Virus record (IMG/VR): IMGVR_UViG_3300021404_000010
Length of the DNA stretch: 64,000 nt
Source: an uncultured virus (IMG/VR IMGVR_UViG_3300021404_000010)
Lineage: Duplodnaviria > Heunggongvirae > Uroviricota > Caudoviricetes
Reading direction: 5' to 3' (one strand)
The position numbers and the translations under genes were made by a program. This document shows positions 59,489 through 64,000 of the stretch, piece by piece. Position 1 is the first letter of the stretch, and each line of letters begins with the position of its first letter. The notes beneath the pieces are model-generated. The model was given only the letters and a program-made list of their open reading frames with translations. It was not told the origin of the DNA and made no database searches.

Positions 59489-61342
59489 CTATCGATTCAC
59501 ATTCACCACGACATTCGCCTTATGGATCGCGCCGGCGAGCTTGATCGCGGCCTGAATGGTGGGCGCGGTGCGCGTCTCGCGGATCGACTGCGGCTGGGTT
59601 TCCACCAAGGGCGCATAGACGTAGTAGCCCTTCGGCAGCATCTGCCCGGTGACGATCTGACCGAACCCGGGCGCGTTCCATTGCCCCGGCGCGATCAGCC
59701 CGTTCGTCACGCCTTGCGCGATCGCGTTCTCCACCGTCGTCACCAAGATATGCACGCCGGGATTGGTTTGCGGAATTTTCGTGGGCGCGGTGTAGAGCGC
59801 ATTGAACACGTCGGTCTGGATGCGATTGGCCTGCCAATCGGTGCCGTGCACCTCATCGAAGAAGAAGCCGTTGCTCATCACCCCCTCTTGGATGATCGCC
59901 ACGTCGTTGTTGTAGTAGACGAACTGGTTGATGTTTTTTGCTTTCAGCGTCGCCGCCTGGTTCTCGGTCAAAAGCTCTCCGGTCACCCCAGGCTCCTGCT
60001 TGAACTTCAGGGTGATGACGGTGTTGCTGCCCTCGAAATCCACGGTGAACGCGCGGCCAAAGATCGCCGCGTCGGCGTAGGCACTGCTGGACGAATACTG
60101 ACCGAAGGTGCGCTCGAAGTTGTTGCCCTTCATCGCGCTCGCGAGGTCCGTCGTCACCGTCGGGTCGAGCGCGGCGGTGTCTTGGGTGGTGTAGCCGAAG
60201 ATCGAGATGGGAGAGGCGGCTTCAATGAAGGCCGCGACGGCGAGGTAGTCGCTGTCGGCGAGCGGCGTCGAGACAGCGAACTTGAACCCGTACCACTCGG
60301 GGTGTGCCCGGAGCGCGACAGCGCATTGCAGCGCGGTCTCCGCGGCGATGCCGTTGACCGGCACGCTCGCGCCCGAGGCTTTGGTTAGCCCGAGAAGGGT
60401 AGAAACGTCCTGACCGGTGCCGGCCGGTCCCCCATAGCCAATCGTCGAGGTCGGGCCCGACGAGAGCGACGTGACATTGAACCGCGTGCCATCCCACACA
60501 ACGACCGCACCGGACAGCGACTGAGAGACGATAGAGGCTGCACCGTTGAGGTTGGTGATGTTGGTGAAGTTCATGCCGGACGCGCCGTTGACTGGCGGCA
60601 GCGCGCCGGTCGCCAGCGTCAGTTTCAGCGTGCCCGAGATATCGGTGCCGGTCGTCGGCGCGCTGGCATAGGTGATGGTGGAGGCGGCGCCGGTCGTCGC
60701 CGAATGCATCTGGAAGATGCCGAGGATCGCATTCCAGATAAACGTGCCTTTGGTGCCAAGCCCGGTTTCGATCAGCGCCGCCGCGGCGGTCAGGTCGGCG
60801 ACGCCGGTAAAGTCGATCGGCGCGAGGTCAACAACCGTTCCGTCAATTGTCACCGAGAACGCGCCCGATGCGGTCCCCTGCAACGTCGAGAGCAGCGTCG
60901 CCTGGTCCGCTGTGGCAAACGCGCCGGAGGACAATTGCGCAGCGGACGCGGCGGCGGTGCGGGGAGTGCCATCAACCATGATGACCATTGTGCCGTTGCT
61001 CACCGCGGTCAGGGCGGCGAGCGTTTGCGCTTGCTGGGCGGTGGACATGATCGCGCCATGCAGCACGGCCGAGGTCGGGGTCTGTGCGAAGCGCCCGAGA
61101 TAGACCATCGACGGCTGCGGATGCTGCGCAAAGAAGAGGTCGGCGGCGAGGTATTCGGGCGACGTGGTGCCGAAGTCCATGCCGATATCGTCGATGCCGG
61201 TGTATTCGCGCAGCCTCTCACTGACATCGATCACCGCCGAAGGGCCGGCGATGCAGAGCGAGCCGAAGTTGCGCAGCGGCACCGCGAGCGGGCTCATGTT
61301 CACATCGACATTGACGACATCGGACACGCTTAAGCCGGGCAT
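59489..61342 (-). CDS. Tail sheath protein (DUF3383 family)
   Basis: LSVSDVVNV; DFG..SPEYLAA..FFAQ; TLKFKQEPGV; KLAGAIH. Confidence 0.93.
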   Translation of the reverse strand: MPGLSVSDVVNVDVNMSPLAVPLRNFGSLCIAGPSAVIDVSERLREYTGIDDIGMDFGTTSPEYLAADLFFAQHPQPSMVYLGRFAQTPTSAVLHGAIMSTAQQAQTLAALTAVSNGTMVIMVDGTPRTAAASAAQLSSGAFATADQATLLSTLQGTASGAFSVTIDGTVVDLAPIDFTGVADLTAAAALIETGLGTKGTFIWNAILGIFQMHSATTGAASTITYASAPTTGTDISGTLKLTLATGALPPVNGASGMNFTNITNLNGAASIVSQSLSGAVVVWDGTRFNVTSLSSGPTSTIGYGGPAGTGQDVSTLLGLTKASGASVPVNGIAAETALQCAVALRAHPEWYGFKFAVSTPLADSDYLAVAAFIEAASPISIFGYTTQDTAALDPTVTTDLASAMKGNNFERTFGQYSSSSAYADAAIFGRAFTVDFEGSNTVITLKFKQEPGVTGELLTENQAATLKAKNINQFVYYNNDVAIIQEGVMSNGFFFDEVHGTDWQANRIQTDVFNALYTAPTKIPQTNPGVHILVTTVENAIAQGVTNGLIAPGQWNAPGFGQIVTGQMLPKGYYVYAPLVETQPQSIRETRTAPTIQAAIKLAGAIHKANVVVNVNR

Positions 61343-61406
61343 TGGCTTCGCTCCTGTTGCACGCTCATGGATGGGGAAGCCGCGCGACCCGGCGCGGCGG
61401 CGGGGT

Positions 61407-63719
61407 TTAGCCGGCAGACATCTTCAGCACGTTGCCGGCAGTGGGGTCGCACCACAGCATGTAAGGGACGTGAGGATCCGCGGTGGGCAATGCGATATAG
61501 GTTGGTCCGTTCAGGAAAACCCGGCCTTGCGTGGCACCGCCCGACACGGCTCCAGGCTGCAAGATGATGTCGCCGCTCGCGTTGCCCGCACCGCTCGCGT
61601 CGGCGGTGACCAGCGTGCCTTTCAGGCTGATCACCGGCGCGTCGAGGGTGATCGTGCCGCGCGTTGCGCCGTTTGCCACGGTGCCCGTCTGCAAGATCAT
61701 GCCGCCGCTTGTGTTGCCCGCACCGGAGGCGTTGCCGGTGGCGATGGTCATGCCGCCACTGGTGCCCACAGCAGAATTGCCGGAATAGAGATAGATCGAG
61801 CCGGTGTTGCCCGCCGCGGCGTCGCCAGAACCCAGGCCGGCCTGTCCGGTGTCGCCCGCGGGCTGATTGATCGTGTACAGATACGCCCAGCCGTCGGCGC
61901 CAACGCCGGTCGCCGCGATGTCCAGGACGGTGCCGACGATCTGCGGATCGGCCGTGGTTTCGATCTCCAATGCACCAGTCAGGTTGATCGTCGGCGCATC
62001 GAGCGTGATGCTGCCGCGTATCGCGATGCCGTCAACGCTCGCGCCGGTCTGAAGGACAATATCGCCGGACTGATTGCCGGCACCGTTTGCTCTGCCTGTG
62101 ATGAGCGAGATCAGGCCGGAGGTATTCGCGTTCGCGCCGCCGGTATAGATGTTGATGGGTCCGGATTGGCCGGAAGTGGAAACCCCGGTCCAGACCTCGG
62201 CGCCGCCGCTGTCGCCGCTATTCGTGTTGCCGGACCCTAAGCCGGCCCAGCCGGTCGGCCCCGCGCCGCTATTGTCGCCCGACCACATATACGTTTGGCC
62301 GGAGGCGTTCGTGGCGTCGCTGATGTTCGGCGTCCCCATCAGGAAATCGCCATTGTCGGCTGTGCAAAGCGCGCGACCGGTGATTTTGACATTCGCCGCA
62401 TCGAGGATGATGCGGCCTCGCGCTGCTATGCCGTCATTGGAGTTGCCGGTCTTGAATTGGATGTCGCCGGATTGATTGCCGACTCCCTGCGCGGTGCCAG
62501 TAGACAGCGCGAACTGGCCGGAATTGCCGGAATCGGAATTACCCGTCCAGATTTCGACGAAGCCGCTTGTCGCGCCGTCCAGGCTGACATCGCCAGTGCC
62601 TATGCCGGCTGGACCGGAGTTGCCGTAGTTGCTGCCACCCGTCCAGAGATACGTTTCGGCCGAGGTGGTGGCGTCTGTCGAATCCGGCGTGTTCAGATCG
62701 ATGTTGCCAGTGGCGTCGGTCGCAAGTCTGCCGATCGTCAACAAACCGCTGATCTCTGCATCGCCGAAGAACAGCGCCCTGCCGCTCACATTGAAATCGG
62801 TCATGACCGATATCTGGTTTTGCCCGACGGCGAACAGGTCGATCTCGGCGACGGTGCCGCTGGTATCACCGGGAAGTGGCATGAGGCTGATGTAGAAATT
62901 GTCGGTGTATCGCAGCAGAGCCAAAGCCACATCAGGAGTGCTGCTGGTCCCTGGCCCAAGGATCAGCGCGGGTCCGAATTGGGAAGCGTCGCTTCTCAGC
63001 ATCAGCGCCGGAGCCATGCCGGTCCAGGGTGCGTCTTGGTTTTGCGGCGCGTTGATCGTGGTGATCAATCCATCGAGGGTGATGGCACCGGTCGCGCGAG
63101 AGATGTCGATTGGCGTGCCGAGAAGATTGCCACCGTCATCGTAGCGGAAAAGATGAAGGTCAGAGCCGGCGTTGCCTCCAGTCTCGTCGTCACTGTTAGC
63201 GCCGCCAATTTGGAACAGCCACCGTGGCAAGCTGCCAATGCAGAATGCGAGATAGGTGTTGAACTCACCGGGAATTCGACTGATCGAAATTCCAGGCTGG
63301 CCGGGGCTTTCGGCACCGCCGCTCGTCAGCCACACATAGCCGGCGCTGTAGTCGGGCTGGCCAACATTGAAGCTGCCCGTCACGAAGAGGTTCGTCGTGT
63401 CAGGTCCAGCCTCGATCGTCAGCGGTCCGGTGAGCGTGCCGCCGTAGAGCGGCAGGAATGCACCGATCGCGTCGTGGATCGCCCTGTCGGCGTATTGCTT
63501 CGTCGCCGCGCCCATCGCCGTCGTCGGATCGCTGGCAAGCGCCAGCGGTCCGGTCAGAATGCCGCCCGAGATCGGCAGATACGGCCCAGCCAACCCAGCG
63601 AGCGCGTTTTGCAGGGTGGTGATCTCGTCGGCGATCGTCGCGAAGTTCTGCCGCACCGGGCCGGTGTAGGCATCGGGGGAGGTCGGAACGGTGATGTCGA
63701 CGTTGCTCGCCATGCTCAT
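61407..63719 (-). CDS. Repeat-rich neck/fibre protein
   Basis: VRQNFATIADEITTLQ anchor; LPxxGGxLTGPL; many SGxIxxxTG repeats. Confidence 0.75.
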   Translation of the reverse strand: MSMASNVDITVPTSPDAYTGPVRQNFATIADEITTLQNALAGLAGPYLPISGGILTGPLALASDPTTAMGAATKQYADRAIHDAIGAFLPLYGGTLTGPLTIEAGPDTTNLFVTGSFNVGQPDYSAGYVWLTSGGAESPGQPGISISRIPGEFNTYLAFCIGSLPRWLFQIGGANSDDETGGNAGSDLHLFRYDDGGNLLGTPIDISRATGAITLDGLITTINAPQNQDAPWTGMAPALMLRSDASQFGPALILGPGTSSTPDVALALLRYTDNFYISLMPLPGDTSGTVAEIDLFAVGQNQISVMTDFNVSGRALFFGDAEISGLLTIGRLATDATGNIDLNTPDSTDATTSAETYLWTGGSNYGNSGPAGIGTGDVSLDGATSGFVEIWTGNSDSGNSGQFALSTGTAQGVGNQSGDIQFKTGNSNDGIAARGRIILDAANVKITGRALCTADNGDFLMGTPNISDATNASGQTYMWSGDNSGAGPTGWAGLGSGNTNSGDSGGAEVWTGVSTSGQSGPINIYTGGANANTSGLISLITGRANGAGNQSGDIVLQTGASVDGIAIRGSITLDAPTINLTGALEIETTADPQIVGTVLDIAATGVGADGWAYLYTINQPAGDTGQAGLGSGDAAAGNTGSIYLYSGNSAVGTSGGMTIATGNASGAGNTSGGMILQTGTVANGATRGTITLDAPVISLKGTLVTADASGAGNASGDIILQPGAVSGGATQGRVFLNGPTYIALPTADPHVPYMLWCDPTAGNVLKMSAG

Positions 63720-64000
63720 TCTCTCCAGTACGTCGAGCCCTCGTCCCACCGCGTCGCGCCGTCGTCCCAGGTGACCTGCGAGCCCGGCGTCACGGAAACG
63801 TCGGTGCTGATTCCGGTGTCGGTTTTCAGCACCACATCGGCGGCCGCGAGGTCGAAGATCGGATAGACACGCTCGAATTGCGCCCTGAACTCCAGCCGCA
63901 TATCGATGCGATCGACATACTGCTGGTTCATGATCTCGGGGTTGCGTGCCAGGTCGTGCACCGAGAGCAGCTTCGCGCCGATCGCGCTGAACGGCTCCAT
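63716..64000 (-). CDS. Neck/tail terminator protein, C-terminal part (enters from the right edge)
   Basis: PEIMNQQYVDRIDM...RVYPI pattern; upstream of the sheath. Confidence 0.7.
   Translation of the reverse strand: MEPFSAIGAKLLSVHDLARNPEIMNQQYVDRIDMRLEFRAQFERVYPIFDLAAADVVLKTDTGISTDVSVTPGSQVTWDDGATRWDEGSTYWRE

Overview
The window is almost a whole GC-rich tailed-phage genome with a contractile tail (DUF1073 portal, DUF2213 protease, DUF2184 capsid, DUF3383 sheath). The host is probably an alphaproteobacterium, judged from GcrA, DUF3489, DUF3309 and DUF6456-like genes. The map looks circularly permuted. Packaging and head genes run leftward off base 1 (15834 to 1), and the same late operon appears to re-enter at base 64000 (neck, sheath, tube, tape measure, baseplate, fibre, ending near 45620). 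Between them lie an accessory block of small genes (16-27 kb), a leftward replication operon with an intragenic iteron origin (27.4-33.8 kb), a cro/cI-like switch (33.5-34.9 kb) and a rightward RecT/GcrA operon (34.9-45.3 kb). I found no integrase, tRNA or CRISPR array. The main observations are: (1) the prohead protease is split from its scaffold and fused to HPR motifs, a kinase-like domain, three helical repeats and an ExE-type ADP-ribosyltransferase; (2) the origin holds 16 GANTC sites in about 207 bp, in a phage that encodes GcrA; (3) four distinct families of dispersed cis-elements; (4) a pair of secreted Ser/Thr/Gly/Asn-rich proteins inside the head operon; (5) a BPSL0067-like amidase cassette between sheath and tube; (6) a stand-alone AraC HTH gene inside the baseplate genes. 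All family assignments come from recognising motifs by eye, not from database searches.
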